Shown here piece by piece: positions 26,001-40,855 of a stretch of 64,000 nt of DNA. The notes beneath the pieces were generated by a model. That model had not been told where the DNA came from. It did not search any database and worked only from the letters and a program-made list of their open reading frames with translations. Numbering within the stretch: position 1 is the stretch's first letter; the number at the start of each line of letters is the position of its first letter. Position numbers and translations under genes: made by a program. Origin of the DNA: Bispira polyomma (lineage: Eukaryota); NCBI GenBank assembly GCA_965649765.1, contig OZ287748.1, positions 8,246,001 to 8,310,000 of the forward strand. Reading direction: 5' to 3'.

Positions 26001-27879
26001 TACTTATCTTTTGGGGGCTGCAAATTTTCCCGCCTTTTTTTTCAAAGATTATGGGGAAATGCCAAGGATTGGCCAGGATCATATAAACAGGGCCCCTCCT
26101 GACTGTAGTGTTGACAATGGAACAGTCCTATAAGTCTGTCTCTTCCAGGAAGGAAAAAAACCTTGATGATAATATCATTTTACAAGTAAACATATATTGG
26201 TGGTGTAGACATGTCTTTAAGGTTATATTTTAATAATCTCCACTACAATATGTATATATAATTTCAACACATTTTTTTTTGTTGGGTCACATCGCAACAG
26301 CTAGACAGTTCACTGGTGAAGGAAATCAATACAGTTGATCAAGGTGTTCTGCTCGGGAAACCACCGGCCTATGGCCAACTTGCCATATACAGGCGTAGCT
26401 GAGCCTAGATTCGAACCCATGACTGCTAGAGGCAGGAGACATGCGTGTTACCTTACCACTACACTCATGGAAGCACCCTATATAATTAATGTAGTAAAAT
26501 AGGTTTCCAGATACAAGGTGACTGCAAGGATAGCATTTCATAAGATGAAACCTCATACTTTTACCATTAAGTCAGTTAATAACCAAATTGTATTTTGACT
26601 GCATGTTTAAAATCTAATTTTTTACGTTTTAGTGGCTTTTAAAAAAAATATAAACATTATTATGTGGTTTCATGTACTCTTTTAAGTCACTTCCAAATGT
26701 AATAAAGCTGACAAGTATCCGATTTAAAATCATTACTTTTTCACAAACTATGAGACTAAAGAATATAATATATCACTGTTAATGACAAAGCCACAGCTTA
26801 AGACAGAATGTGAATGTGGTAGAATGTCAATTCTGTTTTTTGCATTTGCTATGGCCCAATACACTGACACTAATAAGAATTACACATTTTTGAAGGGACT
26901 AAAAAACTAAAAACTAACTAATGTTTCCTCTGTAAATATTCATGTTTACATAAACTTTTGGCTCCTCTAATCATTAAAAGGGTATATATGGCAAGGAAAA
27001 ACAAAAATGGTGTTAAGGCATCCCACAAGTACAAATATTACCGTGGAAACCGGTGAGGGGGGGATGGTGGGGAGGACGGTTTACTGGTGACTTTAGAGAT
27101 AAAAAAGAGGATTTCTCCAGGACTTAGTTTTTTCTCTGTATGTATTGATTCCATTGGTCGCTGCCTGTCGTCTGCCAGCCTCTTGGACTGTGTGGCTGCT
27201 TTGCTTTTTGTAGCCCTATTTTCATTCTCTACCCCCCTCTATCCCCCATCACCCCCCCCCCCACCCCCTACTTCCATGCCCCATTGTTGTTTGCATTTCT
27301 AGTCTGGTTGCAAATATCATCATTTTGTCTTTGTGGAAACTATAACTTAATTGCATTTGATTGTTCAGCGCCATTTGTGAAAAAAACACACAGAAGAGAT
27401 GATTTACAGATATATGGCCCCATCAGGAAGTCGATTGGTTTGAAAATGGGCCCCAACATTTCAGGATTTCCCATCATTCAGCCCTGAATTCCAGTACCAC
27501 AGAGCTTCCCAGTCTATCTCTCTTGTGTTGGCATCCCTTCCTTTTTATAGGGGCTATGTGTCTATATCTTCATTCAATGCATATTTGTGGAGATCCAAGT
27601 CATCTTTTTTTTCTTATTTTTCTGTTTGCTTTTTTCCCTTATGCAATAAAATATACATTACTAAAAACTGGGCCCCATACCTGGTATAACTATTATTTAA
27701 GGGTATTACAGTAAGTGGAAAGAAGAGAGCTATTCATACTTTATATAGTTCAATAGAAAGTAAATAGACTCAATGTAAATCACATTGTTTTTTAATCATT
27801 TAGTAAACGCTCATGGGAGCCAGCCCATTTGTTCACTTTAAAGAGGTGTTTACTGTTTAGTATACATGTACTATTATTA

Positions 27880-28535
27880 TGCATTTTTAACACGCTATAT
27901 TGATGCTAGGCATCTTCTAAAGCGCAACAGCAGAATCAGTGATCAAATCAGGTAAGTCCATGGGCATAGCAAGGTCGTAAGGAAGGATGTGGGGATGTAA
28001 CTTTGGTGGGAAGGCCAGGTTAAAAAGGTTTTCCTAAAACAAATAAGTGTATTTACTGATCTGAGGCCAACAGGAAGACTGTTCCATAACAAAGGAGCTG
28101 CAATGGAGAAAGCTCTGAATCCCGCCTTCCTGGTGGGTCTAACACAAGAAACAGAATCTATTGCCTCTCTTCAAATTACTGAAAGAGAGAAGGGAAGCGA
28201 GGTAGTGGGGCTGATAAGTGACTACAGCCTTGAAAGTGGTAACGTGAATTTTAAACAAAGTTCTAGAGTGAATGGGCAGCCAGTGTAGTTTTTGAGGTGA
28301 GGAGTGACGTCAGTGCGACCGCCCAGGTAAAAAATCAATCTGTATAGGTAGTTTTAAATTGACTTTTTAATCTGGGACTTGTTTCCCCAAACGAAAGAGA
28401 GTTGCAGTAGTCGAGGCGGCTACTCATAAGGGCGTTGCCACAGTTGTACCAGTGTCCCGTGACAGGTGATTTCGGATTCTTTTAATCTCATGAATGTGGT
28501 AATAGCAGAAGCAACAGATGTTGGCAATGTGAGTT
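27880..28535 (-). mobile_element. L2-clade LINE 3' fragment
   Basis: Translates on - as CYYHIHEIKRIRNHL...NALMSSRLDYCNSL...RAFSIAAPLLWNSLP. A further fragment (SLVSSRLDYCNSLLFG) lies on + at ~59025-59150. Confidence 0.85.
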
Positions 28536-30353
28536 TCAGTAGAGTAAGTTTTACTGTATGTATTCTTGTTTTGTACAATCAATTCCAACCATCAAGCTAG
28601 GATTCAAAATATTAAAAAATAGTTAATTTTTGTATACAGTTGAACCACTTTAAGTCAAGCCTGAAGGAACCAGTAGAAATATACCTCTACTTAAAGCAAG
28701 ATTTCCACTTAATAGGGCAGATTTTGAAAGAGTAAATGATGTTCTATGTAAAGGGGTTTGATTGTTGTTTATGCATATGATAAGACACTCACATGTATTA
28801 TATGAGATTTTAAAATATGACAAAATGATATCCCTGTTTTATCCCTGTACTACCACCCACTTGCTAAGTTGGTGAGGTCATATATCTGGTAACACTTCCA
28901 CAGGACAACTCAACTGCAAATACCTTGTCAATTTAATGTCACAGGTTAACTATTATTAATATATTTCTTGGAGACTAGGTAATATTTTGATCTCATAAAT
29001 ATTTTTACAGTTACAAAATGATGACAGCACTGCGCATGTCTGCTATAAATTCTGGGAACTGGTTGCTGCCTATTAGCTTCAGTCTGTACAAAAAATTACT
29101 TGAATCTTTTTGATATTCTTGCATTTCTGAACATTCCAATGTTGAAGTTTGAAGACATTAGTAAATTTAAAAAACCAATTTTTTTCTTTTATTCTTAAAG
29201 ACATCTGTGAGCTGTTTTCATAAGAATTAACTATAAAATATATACTGGTAAGTACTGTACGTTAAAAAGACAAACATTTAGATTAACTGCAATAGAAATT
29301 GACCAATGTTTGCATGTATGCAAAATAAGGCACGGGTGGAGGGGGGATGCTTTACCCACAATGCATCACACACACCTAATGACCCCTCAACTGTAAAAAG
29401 GTCTGTTTTGAATAAAGATGGCTTTCTTGGCCAATTTTCTTCAATAGATATTTGAGGTTAACTTTGCTTTAGCTGAACTTTGGCCTAATTTTGTGAAACA
29501 AATAGCTGCAAAAGTTACAGCTCATTTCGAGTTAACTTTAAATTTTTTTCTACTACAACACAGTCCTTCTAGGAGGAGGCCCGATTCTGGGAAAAAAACC
29601 CAAAATGGCTGCCTCACCTACATTTTGACCAAACTTGGCTTATTTTAAATCTACACTTTCACTCATATTCTTACGCATAATTAATGAGGTGACGGTTTAT
29701 TAATGCTAACACGTACTTACTTTTGGTGAAATTTTGATTCAACGCATACACCACAAACTAACAGTAGAAGTAAAAACCATTTTGTTCTTAAAACATAATA
29801 CAGTAGAACCTCCATTATCTGACCCCTCTATTATCCGAACCCTCTATTATCCGAATATTTGATTTTACGAACTCATTTTCACTCTTCAAAACTTATTTTT
29901 TTTTGCATTGTTTCATATTAAAATGACACTTCTTATTTTACAGACCTTCTATTATGTGAACAAATTCCCACTCTCCCAAGATGTCCGTCAAATAGAGGTT
30001 CTAATGCAATAACATTTGGGTAGCGTGTAGATTTAATAAATTATAGCATTCACTATATATTTCAGGCTTAATAAAATAAAGAGAACAAAATCACCTCTCC
30101 ACGCAATGTGGCCTCAGGACCCTTTGTTTTCATCAAGAAAGTTGATAGAAGTGTAGAAATGTGCTGTGGGATGGAATGATCATGAGGGTGCATTATAATG
30201 AGAAAAAACAGCCAAGGTCAAACATAGGACACACTGTTTTCCTTATTAGTTTTTCTCTAAAAAAACTGTATTTTTTGTTATTATTTAGTTATTTACCGGT
30301 ATTATAGTGATACAATAAACATGTAAATTACAATAATAATAGAGTAAATATAA

Positions 30354-30580
30354 GATCCCATGACCTGATGGTTGGGGAGTTGGTCTGATGATTAGAAGGT
30401 CTTGGGTTCTATTTCTGGTACCGGCTGCTAGTTCCATTAGTGGGATAACATCCTTGGGCAAGATTTGCACACACTTTTGCGTAGTGGCTCGGATGACCAC
30501 TTAAAATGGTGGTCCTCTGTCACTCGTTCCTATCCCCCAGTATCAGGCTAAAGATCCTTGGGGACGTTGATAAATGGTCA
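30354..30580 (+). mobile_element. SINE family A, 3'-truncated copy
   Basis: Colinear with 22751-22980. Another partial copy at ~58470-58650 and a head fragment at ~24315-24372 (-). Confidence 0.8.
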
Positions 30581-30990
30581 AACCCTAATGGGCTTATTCG
30601 TTACTACTAATCAAGTTAAGGTAGCAGTTAAACGAATACACAATAAACTTTAAAGCCTAAATACCTGTATTTGAACTTTTGTAGTTCAATAACATATTTT
30701 AATTCCCCTACATGTCTGAGATAAAATCAACCACTAGTTTGACTCTATAAAAATTATGTTGATGGTTATGACTTTTACTTAAATCTAGTTTATAATAAAA
30801 AAAGTTTATCAATACTTTCCAAATTAGGACAAACACATATAAAGTGGATTTATCTTGAACACCTGCATTCTGTATACAGGTTTCGTTCAAAATGCTCCTC
30901 TGACTGTCTATGATGGTACACATGTGTACAAACTCATTGGTATCATTAATACTTCTTCTATAAGATGTAATAATAATTTTTTTTTTTTTT

Positions 30991-31021
<31 letters not shown>

Positions 31022-31321
31022 GGGGGGTTGCTACAGTTACTTAAACATTATTGACATACATTTTAATTATTCTCCATTTAATAATCTCTAATCTAATCCA
31101 ATCAAACTTTTTTCAGCTTAATCTTCATTAAGGTGGATTCTAAGGCCCATATATGATCATCCTATTCATGTTTCGTAATGTCCTTTTCTGGAAGGTGGTC
31201 GTATCACAGGGGACGCCATAATGCATGTATTTAAGTATATACCCAGTTTATATTGAATACATTTCCACATTTATGTTTACATGGCAAAAAAAATTGTTTT
31301 TTTTATAGAACTCACAACATG

Positions 31322-31949
31322 ATTTCCTCCTCCAAGGTGGTTATGTTTTTAGTTCATGTTCCGTGGTTCGTTTGTTTGTTTGTCACCCCAGGTGCCGGAA
31401 GTATTCACGAAATGGGATCAAATCAAGATCAGTTTGAATATTTGAGAAAAAAAGATTAACTTTTTTGGGTTAAGCTCACTGACAGGTTGGTTATTCAATA
31501 AAGATTTGATCTGATTTTTTGGATATTTGTTAAATTACGGATTAACTGTGATGATTCTACCAAGTTGATGGATTAAATTTGGATCAAGACAGAACAAATA
31601 TGGCTGACAGGAGTTATTTGAGTGAAGAAGAATACAAAAACTAAACAGATCAAATATTTCATATTTTCTGATCAAGTGATCCTTGTTTTGTAAATACTGA
31701 TTTCATCCACTGGATCACTTAAAACTTTTTTGATCTGATCCGGATCCTTGTTAGCGAATATCACCCTGGGATCCACTAAAAAAATTAAACGGTATTTCAT
31801 GAAAATTGGTACAATGATATGGGTCAAGAAAGAATGTATTATATATTGAAGTGGATTGTAGTTGGGAAAAATTATGAATCCAAAATTTTCTGTTTACTTT
31901 TTTTTAACCTTGGCAGAGGTATGTGCCTTACTGAGTGCCCTTCTAGTTT
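31322..31949. mobile_element. Helentron/DINE-like element with a nested palindromic MITE (~31388-31770)
   Basis: CCTCCTCCAAGGTGGTTATG start, (GTTT)n, and a CCTTGGCAGAGG...CTAGTT end. The same end occurs at ~3731-3771 and a reverse copy at ~58660-58810. Confidence 0.6.
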
Positions 31950-32382
31950 TACCTATAGAATTAACAATTACAGTCAATAAAACAAAACCTGAACCAAATG
32001 AGACATAAGAACAGGCTAGAGAAGTTGGTGACATCCCTAAAAGAAAAAAATGTAAGTTTCTTTTGGAGTTTTTATGAATACTGAATCACAATGCATCATT
32101 ATAACATGGTCCCCTCCCACACAGTATATAAAAGATCTAAAATAAAACCATATATTTTGTTGTATACTTCGATCCATGATGTGTAGTATTTAGTAAAAAA
32201 AAAACACTATTTTTTTTAATGTAGGACACAGATGTACAGGGAATCAAAGATTAAAAAATAGTACTGAAGATGTGCATCTTGAAACATTTAAAAATACTGT
32301 CTATAGTGAACACATTTTTCTTAACATTTGGAACCATATAATACACATGTATATCCAAATCTGTTTTAAAAAGGAGGTAAAG

Positions 32383-32754
32383 GGGGCTAATATACCTGGC
32401 TGATATTGCTTCCAAATCCATCATCCGACATCCGTTTCCATCATCCGAAAAAAATGGAAATATCATAAAATAGAGAAGTAGAATACACCTGGCCGATGGC
32501 AACTTCGAATCGGGAGCCGAATTTTTAAAATCAGTCAAAGACTGGTTTATTTCGGATGACGGATGAAAATGTGATGTAAATTTCATTGATTTTGTGAGGT
32601 TGGTGATACTTTTATGTAATAAACAGTAAAACTCAATACTAGAAAACTCGGCCAGTTTTCGAATGTAGTGTTTCTGCAAATTCGGACATCGCATGATGGA
32701 AACGGACATCAGATGATGGATTCAGAAGCAAAATCGGCCAGGTATATTCGCCCC
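32383..32754. mobile_element. MITE with ~60-bp TIRs (GGGGC.AATATACCTGGC...GCCAGGTATATTCGCCCC), TTAA at the right flank
   Basis: Inverted termini seen directly. A second copy lies at ~61537-62168 and an internal fragment at ~60418-60450. Confidence 0.75.
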
Positions 32755-32787
32755 TTAAAAGAAAAGCCAAGATATATTGGAAGAATT

Positions 32788-35700
32788 TTTTTTTTTTTTT
32801 TTTTTATTTCCCATATCTATATTTTACAATATTTTACAATATTTAGTCATAATGGAAACAATTAACATAAAAATTTACATTCAAACACAATATGTTGAAT
32901 ATAAAAGTCAACTTAACGTTGATAATATTAGTCACATTAAACATTTACAGAACCTTTTACAATTTAGTTCTTTCTTTTATAATGTCACACACAATTTACA
33001 AAAATTGTTTCATTTTATAACAGTAATTATTACTCTTTACTATATATCTATGTCATGTACCCCAATGGAAACACTGAAAAATCCATCATAAATTTTATTT
33101 GGATAACACACATTATTGTTGAAACACTGGAAGCCATCGTTGCCATAGTTTCATAAATTTTTCTTCTGTTTGGATAGTTTTAGATATGAAAAATTCATCT
33201 GTATATGTTTGACAAAGTTTATATTTCAAGGCTAGTAGATTTAATTTGCTCATAGATTTAATCGACTCGAATATATATTTTTTGGTAACTATAATTAGCG
33301 TATTTATTGGAATATAGTTTTGATCTTGTAAATGATAACCGAGAATAATAATCAAATCTGTAAATTTTATTTTAAAATTGTTTTTGCCTAAAATAAATTT
33401 TTCTATTAAAACCTAAAAATATTTAACCTCTTCACATTGGGTAAACATATGCAGAATGGTGTCTGGCATGCTTTCACATCTAGGACAAATAAGAGTACTA
33501 GATAATCCCACTTTATGTAAATATTGTTCTGTACCCAAAATTCTATACAAAATTTTCATCTGAAACCATATTAGGTTATAGTTTTGGAGCGTTTTGAAAC
33601 ATGTTTTAAACGTCAAATTCCATTGTCCTTTGTTTATATATATATTTAAATCGGTGCTCCACCTCTGTTTAATAATGTGGTCATTTTCTGTCTTGGATAT
33701 TAAATGTTTATAAAAAACACTAGCCCCTTATTTGACTTGAATAATATCTTAATATGATTTGGAATAAAAGGTCTTACTAAAATGTCGTTTTCTGGTTCCT
33801 TGTGATCTTTTAGATTTTTTTAACATTTAATTTAACTCAAAGATAACAAAGAAAGTTTATGTTATTCAGATTATATAGGTTTTGTAACTGATCACAGGTC
33901 ATGAATGTACCGGTCTCATCTAAAATATCACTTATTGTTGCTATACCTTTGGAATGCCAATTCGCGAAGAATAATGGTTCATTTGATATTTTATTGTTGT
34001 ACCATATTGGAGTTGTTAGCAAATTGTCACTAGAATCAATCACTTGGCTATTTAAAACCTTATACCATGCATCAAAAGCATTTAGCCAGAATTTATTTGA
34101 GGTCATTTTTTTCATTGTTTTGATATATTCTTGAAGCTTGAAATAGTTTCTTCCACGGAGTATTGTTTTGCTTGAGGAGTCTACGAAGCCAAGTTGTTTT
34201 GAGGGAACTTATAAACAACACCACATTTATCATTTTTAATCCACCTAATCCATTTTCCAGCATTAGAGTCTTTCTGTTGATTTTGTCAGGTTTATTTGAC
34301 CAAATAAATTTAAACAATAAATCATTTAACTGCTTAATCCATGTTTCATTTGGATTCGGTAAGGTCAAGAACAGATGATTTAATTTTGATATAAGAAATG
34401 TCTTTATAACAGTGACCTTGCCTAAAGGGGTCAGATATCTCCGACTCCATATATTGATAAGTTCCGTAATTTCCAATAATTTTGGAGTAAAATTAAGTTC
34501 TGGCATTTTATCGAGATCAACAGAAAAAGTCAATCCTAAGAGATCAAATTGAGTACATCCCCATTGCAGCCCTTTAGCAATTAGTTTATCTGTACAATGT
34601 TTCTTCTTCCCTATCCAAATTAATTTTGTTTTATCTTTGTTGACCTTCAGGCCAGAAATGGAACCAAAAATCTCCAATATGTTAAGTGCAGCTTGTAGAG
34701 AGGAATATGAACCATCTAAGAATAAAGTTGTATCATCAGCATATTGTGTAATTTTGAATTCCAATCCAGTTTATGCCCTTTATATTACCACATGCTGAAA
34801 TAAGAATAGATTGTATTTGGCCTATTATTATGTAGAGATAAGGAGAAATTGGATCTCCTTGTCTACATCCACATCCTATGTCTAAGAATTCCGAAGTGAA
34901 CCCACATTGTATAATTGTTGCTGTTATATCCTTGTTAAATAACTTTATCCATTGTATCAATGTGTCACCAAAGCCCAGGTATGTCAAAGTTTTATAGATA
35001 AAGTTCCATGAAATAGAATCGAACGCTTTTTTGAAGTCTATAAGCATCAAAAGTCCAGGTATGTTATCTGTGTTTGCAAAATTCATTATGTCATACACTA
35101 GTCTGGTACTCTTGCCAATGTATCGGCCGGATACAAATCCGTTCTGCGAGTCGCTTATTAAGATGCTTAAATAGGGTTTGATTCTATTTGCAATTGAAGT
35201 GGATGCGATCTTATACAGAACAGAAAGCATTGATAATGGTCGCCAATTTTTAATCAATTCTCTTGGTTTGCCTTTCTTGGGAAGGCATGTTATGATACAT
35301 TGCCTTAATGATACAGAGAGAGTACCCTTTTCAAAACTTTGATTCAATGCTTTTAGAATCCAGATATTGAGATCTTTCCAAAAGACTTTAAAAAACTCTG
35401 CCGGAAACCCATCAATTCCTAGTGTTTTGTTGTTTTTCATTTGCCTTAATGCCAAACTTATTTCTTCATATGTCAGAGCTCCCTCAAGACTGTCAGATTG
35501 TTCAGCATTGAGTTTATTAACTTGATATCCACTAAGTAGTTCGTTCAGGTCAACATCATCAAGGTGTTGATCAATTGATTTAAATAACTCTGAATAAAAA
35601 TTCTTTAATTCTGATAAGATACTTTTTTGATCTACCAAACTGTTCCGTCATTTTTAATAATTTTTTTAACAGTTTTTTCGGTGTAATTATGATGTTCTAA

Positions 35701-36903
35701 TGAGCAAAAGTATTTAGTTGGTCTTTCTCCCTCACCTAACCATTGCACGCGTGAGCGAATTTGGTGACCCTTTAGAATTTGTGCTCTTATATTTTCTAAT
35801 TCTAATTTTTTATTGTCGAGAAGGTCGAAAGTTTGAGGTAAGTTGTTCTGTTCAAGTATATCGATTTCAGACGTCAATTTTTTCTCAGTTTCCATGGTTT
35901 TCTTTTTGTTATAACTAGCGTATTTAATGGTTTCATCTCGTACTCGGAGTAAAATTATTTCTATAAAAATATCGTAATCTATACTTAAGTGAATAAGTAC
36001 ATCGGAAATAGTATTTAAGTTATCCATATTATAGACAGGAACTGCATATTTACGTTTCTCATCCATGATACAGTCTTTGACTAGAGTTAAATAAGTCAAG
36101 TCTTTCAAGAGGGCTGTGTTTAGTTTCCAAATTCCTCTACCTCTTTTAAAGTTGTTTATTAACAGTGACAAAAATAATATAGAGTGATCTGATTTGTAGC
36201 CAGGCCTTATTTCAACGCTAGAAACTATATCTGTCAAGGAGGAGGTGATTAGAAAGTAATCAAGTCTGGCTTGTTTAATGGGATTCCGTCTACGCCAAGT
36301 ATAACATGTACGGTTTGGATTAAAGTATCTGTATGTGTCAACCAGGTCAAATTCTTTAATGAGCTCAAGCAAGCAATTTCTGGATCTTGGATTATTCAAA
36401 TTTACATAGTTGTAACAATCTAGGTCAGGATTCAATGTGATGTTAAAATCGCCACACCAAATTAAATAGTCCTGTTCATTTTGACGTAAGAATTTTTTGA
36501 TATTTATAAAGAAACTTTAATCATCAGTGTTAGGACCATAGATATTTATGAGACGAGTCTTTATATTACAAATTGTTAGGTCAAGTAGTAGCATATTACC
36601 ATCTAGATCACATTCGGAATGGGATACTTTAAACTCGAAAGTGTTACTAAGCAAAATTGCTACACCTCTAGCATTTGTTCTAAATCCACTTAGATAAACC
36701 TCTCCATTCCAAATATTTTTCAAACTAGACAACTCTGACTGAGTAAGATGAGTGTCTTGGAGACAAATAATGTTTGCTTTAGTATTTTGAAGATAATTAA
36801 TGACATCAAATCTTTTATCCTTGTTTCGTAATCCTTGACAATTTAACGAAACTATCGAAACAGTTTCACCTATTTTTAAACTCATTTTATTTTTAAATCA
36901 CAA
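32788..36903 (-). mobile_element. L1/Tx1-clade non-LTR retrotransposon, ORF2 only (APE endonuclease, RT, CCHC), multiply frameshifted
   Basis: ORF pieces from 36885 to 33113: NCQGLR, CLQDTH, ARLDYF, SDHS (APE); KNWRPLS, DFKKAFD, GCRQGDPISP, YADD (RT); CPRC...H...C. AATAAA and poly(A) at 32786-32808. Candidate TSD GGAAGAATT at 32779-32787 and 36904-36912. Confidence 0.93.
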
Positions 36904-39566
36904 GGAAGAATTGGTTATAAAGGTTTACCTCTAATGTCAAAAAAAAACTGGGTCCGTATTCTCCAAAGAAACTCAAGTTAAAATTCAGACTCAACTTAAA
37001 TGAGGTATGTGGAAGCTCTTGTACATGGATTAAACTTATTCTTGAAGCAATTTATTTTGATAGATATTTCATCACGGGATTCAAAAATGCAATCAGATTT
37101 AACTTAACTTTACTCTAGCCAAAAGATATGGGAACTTCAGATTTGAGCTTGAGACCTTTCGAGTACACGTCAACCTGTCATATCAAAGCACATACATACA
37201 TGCAAACTCATGACAACGAGAAACAAACACGCACGCATGCGATAAAGCTCACTAGAATACACTTTAAAAAAAGCAAAGGTTTCAGAAAAGAATCAAAGGC
37301 CATATTCACTACATTCGTAGTCCATTTTTTTTTAATTTTTAGCCAATTAGATTGCTTCAGGCAGTTTGACCAGCCAATTAAATTTCTTGAAACAATAAAA
37401 ATAAATTTTAGGGACAGGATCACTCCTCTTAGGATGTCCATTTACTGGTGTCCCCAAGTCTCACCTACAACTGGAGATAGCCCCAATAGCACCGAGGGCC
37501 ACTATTACGTACATGCATATATATGGCCAATAATATACTGTACATATGGATATTTTCACTAACTATAGTGTTAACCATTTTTAGCTTATCAGCTTGAATA
37601 GTGAAAATCATTTCCTAGTGAAAATATTATTTTTATTTATCTATTAGGTAAAAAAATGTAAAATTGTGAAAAAAAATGACAAATTAATAAAAATTTCATC
37701 CTCTAGCTTCTGCTGGATTCAAAAGTGAGGCCGGGATCTTGTTATGTATGAGGCAAAAGTGGCAAATATGTTGTCATACGTGCAGTACTGTAATGGTCAG
37801 AGCTCATATTCTCGAACGTATATTCAGCTGAAACTCATACTTAACCTCAATCCAGATTCTCTGTAACTTTGGATACACTAAACCTGTGTAAACTCTGACT
37901 CTATATTTAAATTCAGTGTTGAAAGCTAAATTAAAATGAATGGTCACAAGTATAGGTTATTTCCATGTGCAAGGATTTCTACGTATGTGGCCTATTTTTG
38001 GAATTGAGTTTAAGTTTATTTTGAGAATACCAGGTAGCCTAGAAACCAAAAACATTCCCCAAATACAAAAGACAAAAAAGTCAGCAATAACAGTACCTAT
38101 AATAAAGTTGAGAAACCTTGAGCAAGATTATACAGTGCATACAAATGTGTGATCCTCAATGATGAGGTTTTCCCCACTCAAAGGCTGGTCTGACACCTTG
38201 CAGTTTGATGTTAATCAAGCATCACCAATTATATCATTTCCATGGTATGCATAAAACCACAAAAACCCTGAACCCACAGGATGACACAGGCTTTATAGAA
38301 AACAAAAGACATCATACAGGTGGCCTTCAGTATAATAGACCAAGGGCTCTATTTAAGTTTAAAAGGCTTTAACTTAAACTCATGTGCTTAAACTCGTATA
38401 CAACATGTCCTTATTTAATGGCAATAATCTAGACATGCTACCATTCGTTTTAATAGAGCTTTCAACCAGGAACTCAATTGTGTAGTCAGATTTCAGATAT
38501 GTTTCTATTAAACAAAGATATAGACAAAAGTGACATTAATTGGGGGAAGTTTATATTATATCGTTTGATACCATTATAGATCAAATATAAGCCATAGTGT
38601 ATTACACACACAACAGTATAAGCAGCAGAGTAACTGTTAATACCATATATACACACAGCCACACAATGGCAGAGGGGTCCCTCTACTTTATCGCCCACCA
38701 CCAAAACATCAGGGTGAAGCTCTGAGGCCCATTTAAGTGACAACAGCCACTGCAATAACCTCCGGAGAAATCAATTCTGCCATATGCTGGTGACTATATA
38801 TCCCACCACAACCTCACTGAATATATATATTGCACTTCTACACAAAAAAAAACAAACTCAATGGGCGATATTATAGACAGTAACTAAAGGAACTTCACTT
38901 CCTGTGTCATCTTGAGAATGATCATTTTATCTTCTGTGGTGAAATGCTATTTTGAAAAATCTGAAAATGATTTCATTTGTTTCCATCTTTGCATTACTCA
39001 GGAAAAGCTACATTCAAATGCATTTTAACTCCCATATAATTGATATCGTAACATCAACATATTACCACGGATGCTCACTTCACTAGATACAGTAAAACCT
39101 CTATTATCCGACCTGCTCTTTAATCCGCATATAGTCTGACCCCTTTAAATAGAACTCTGTTAAGTCAACTTACCTTTCTGTGGAGAAAAAAATCTGTTTT
39201 TCGACAAGGACATTTTTTTTTTAAATCTACCCCATTAAGTAGAAATCTTGCTTAAGTAAGAGTATTTATCCTGGTCTCTTTAGATTCAACTTAAATAGGT
39301 TTAACTGTTCATGTATTTGATTTTGTGAACTCTTTAGTTTTATGAACCTTCTAATATATGAACAAAATCTTGGTTTCCTAGAATGTTTGGATAACAGAGG
39401 TTCTGCTGTATTGAAGACTGTAAGGGGATGACACTTAATGGGATGGCTATCGCTTTACTTGTACTGGCCAGTATACTTTTGTTTTGTCAGTTTTTGTAGT
39501 GTAAATTTTTTATTTTGTTATACATTATTTGTTTATCAGTGTGTCAAGAAAACAATCTTTATTCGC

Positions 39567-40340
39567 TGTTACGGTCATGGGAGCAAGCGCGGTAGCAATT
39601 ACCGGTTGCTTTGAGGTTGTAACAGGAAAAGACAAAAGTTTCACTTAACAAATTTATTTAACAAATAAAATAACAATTACAGAATTACAGTCAACCAAGA
39701 TACTCTTAATGGTTCATACAATAATACAATAATGAAACCAATCTGACCTGACCACAGTCCTGTCCACATAAATAACAATTAAACAAGTTTGTCCACTGTA
39801 TCCAGCAATCTGTCTTGAAATCCGCTCGGTGTCCACACAATGCCTGTATCCTGTTATCCGTTCGGTGTCCACAAACACAAAATGTATATATCCAGAGAGT
39901 CTGCACAACTAAGCTATCCAGTCCAGGATGCAAACAATATCCAACATGCAGTAAATCCAATCTCTGGTAGATCCACAACTTTTATCTAGTTCACTCCAAT
40001 GAGTTCACCACAAAAACATATATAGTAATCAGTTTATATCCACAGGAAAAGAAATAAAATGTTTCACAGTATAGCAGTTCATATAGCACCCCAACTCAAT
40101 AATCTCTGGTCTGTGGCCAGGCTGTCAATCCTTATATATACCACTGCTGGAGAAGGTTGCTAGAATATGTGAACAACTGCTAGAATGTTCCAGATTGAGA
40201 AGTAAACAAATAAGGACAGCTTCAATAACAACAGAAACAAAATAGAAACAGCTTCTAGAAGCTTAAGGGTTTCCCCAAATCTATAAATAGATCATTCTAG
40301 CAGAGTGCTTTAACATACCACAATGTCCTTATATGTAACA
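39567..40340 (-). mobile_element. Solo LTR (774 bp)
   Basis: TGTTAC...GTAACA termini and a perfect 5-bp TSD TTCGC (39562-39566 and 40341-40345). TATA-like (~40132-40140) and AATAAA (~39653) on the - strand. Strand is inferred. Confidence 0.85.
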
Positions 40341-40610
40341 TTCGCCTTATAGTAAAATAAATATTCAGATAGTAGTTGATTGACTCATGGTTTTAGATAC
40401 AAAGCAAATACAGTAGATTACCTCTATTATTCGAACTTCTATTGTCTGAATTATTCCATTTTATGAACTTTACTTTTCACTCTCACAAATTAATATTTTC
40501 CTATTGTTTTATACGGAAACATATGTGCTAGTTTAAGAACCTTCTATTATCCAAACACAATCTTGCTCTCCAACTTTTTCATATTGTATTGTGTTGTATT
40601 GTACATTTTT

Positions 40611-40821
40611 TTTTTTTTTTTTTTTAATTTTTTTTTTTTGTACATAGTATACAAGGACAGAACAGTACTCACAAAATGACAAATGAAACAGACATTACAT
40701 AATTACACAACATTTACAGTAAAAAAAACCAAAAAAAACCAGTTATTATACACACAGTATTTTCTCTTTCACAATATATAAATCAAAATTACCATGTGTT
40801 ATTTGTGGCTATGTTGAAATG

Positions 40822-40855
<34 letters not shown>

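Noticed and set aside
30977-31027. Poly-T followed directly by poly-G
   Set aside because: Simple homopolymers like the many other C/G runs in the window. No associated structure is supported.
36913-37562. ORF1 of the first LINE (144-aa and 77-aa ORFs)
   Set aside because: They lie outside the candidate TSD, behind a MITE. The longer ORF is on the wrong strand, and neither has RRM, zinc-knuckle or coiled-coil features.
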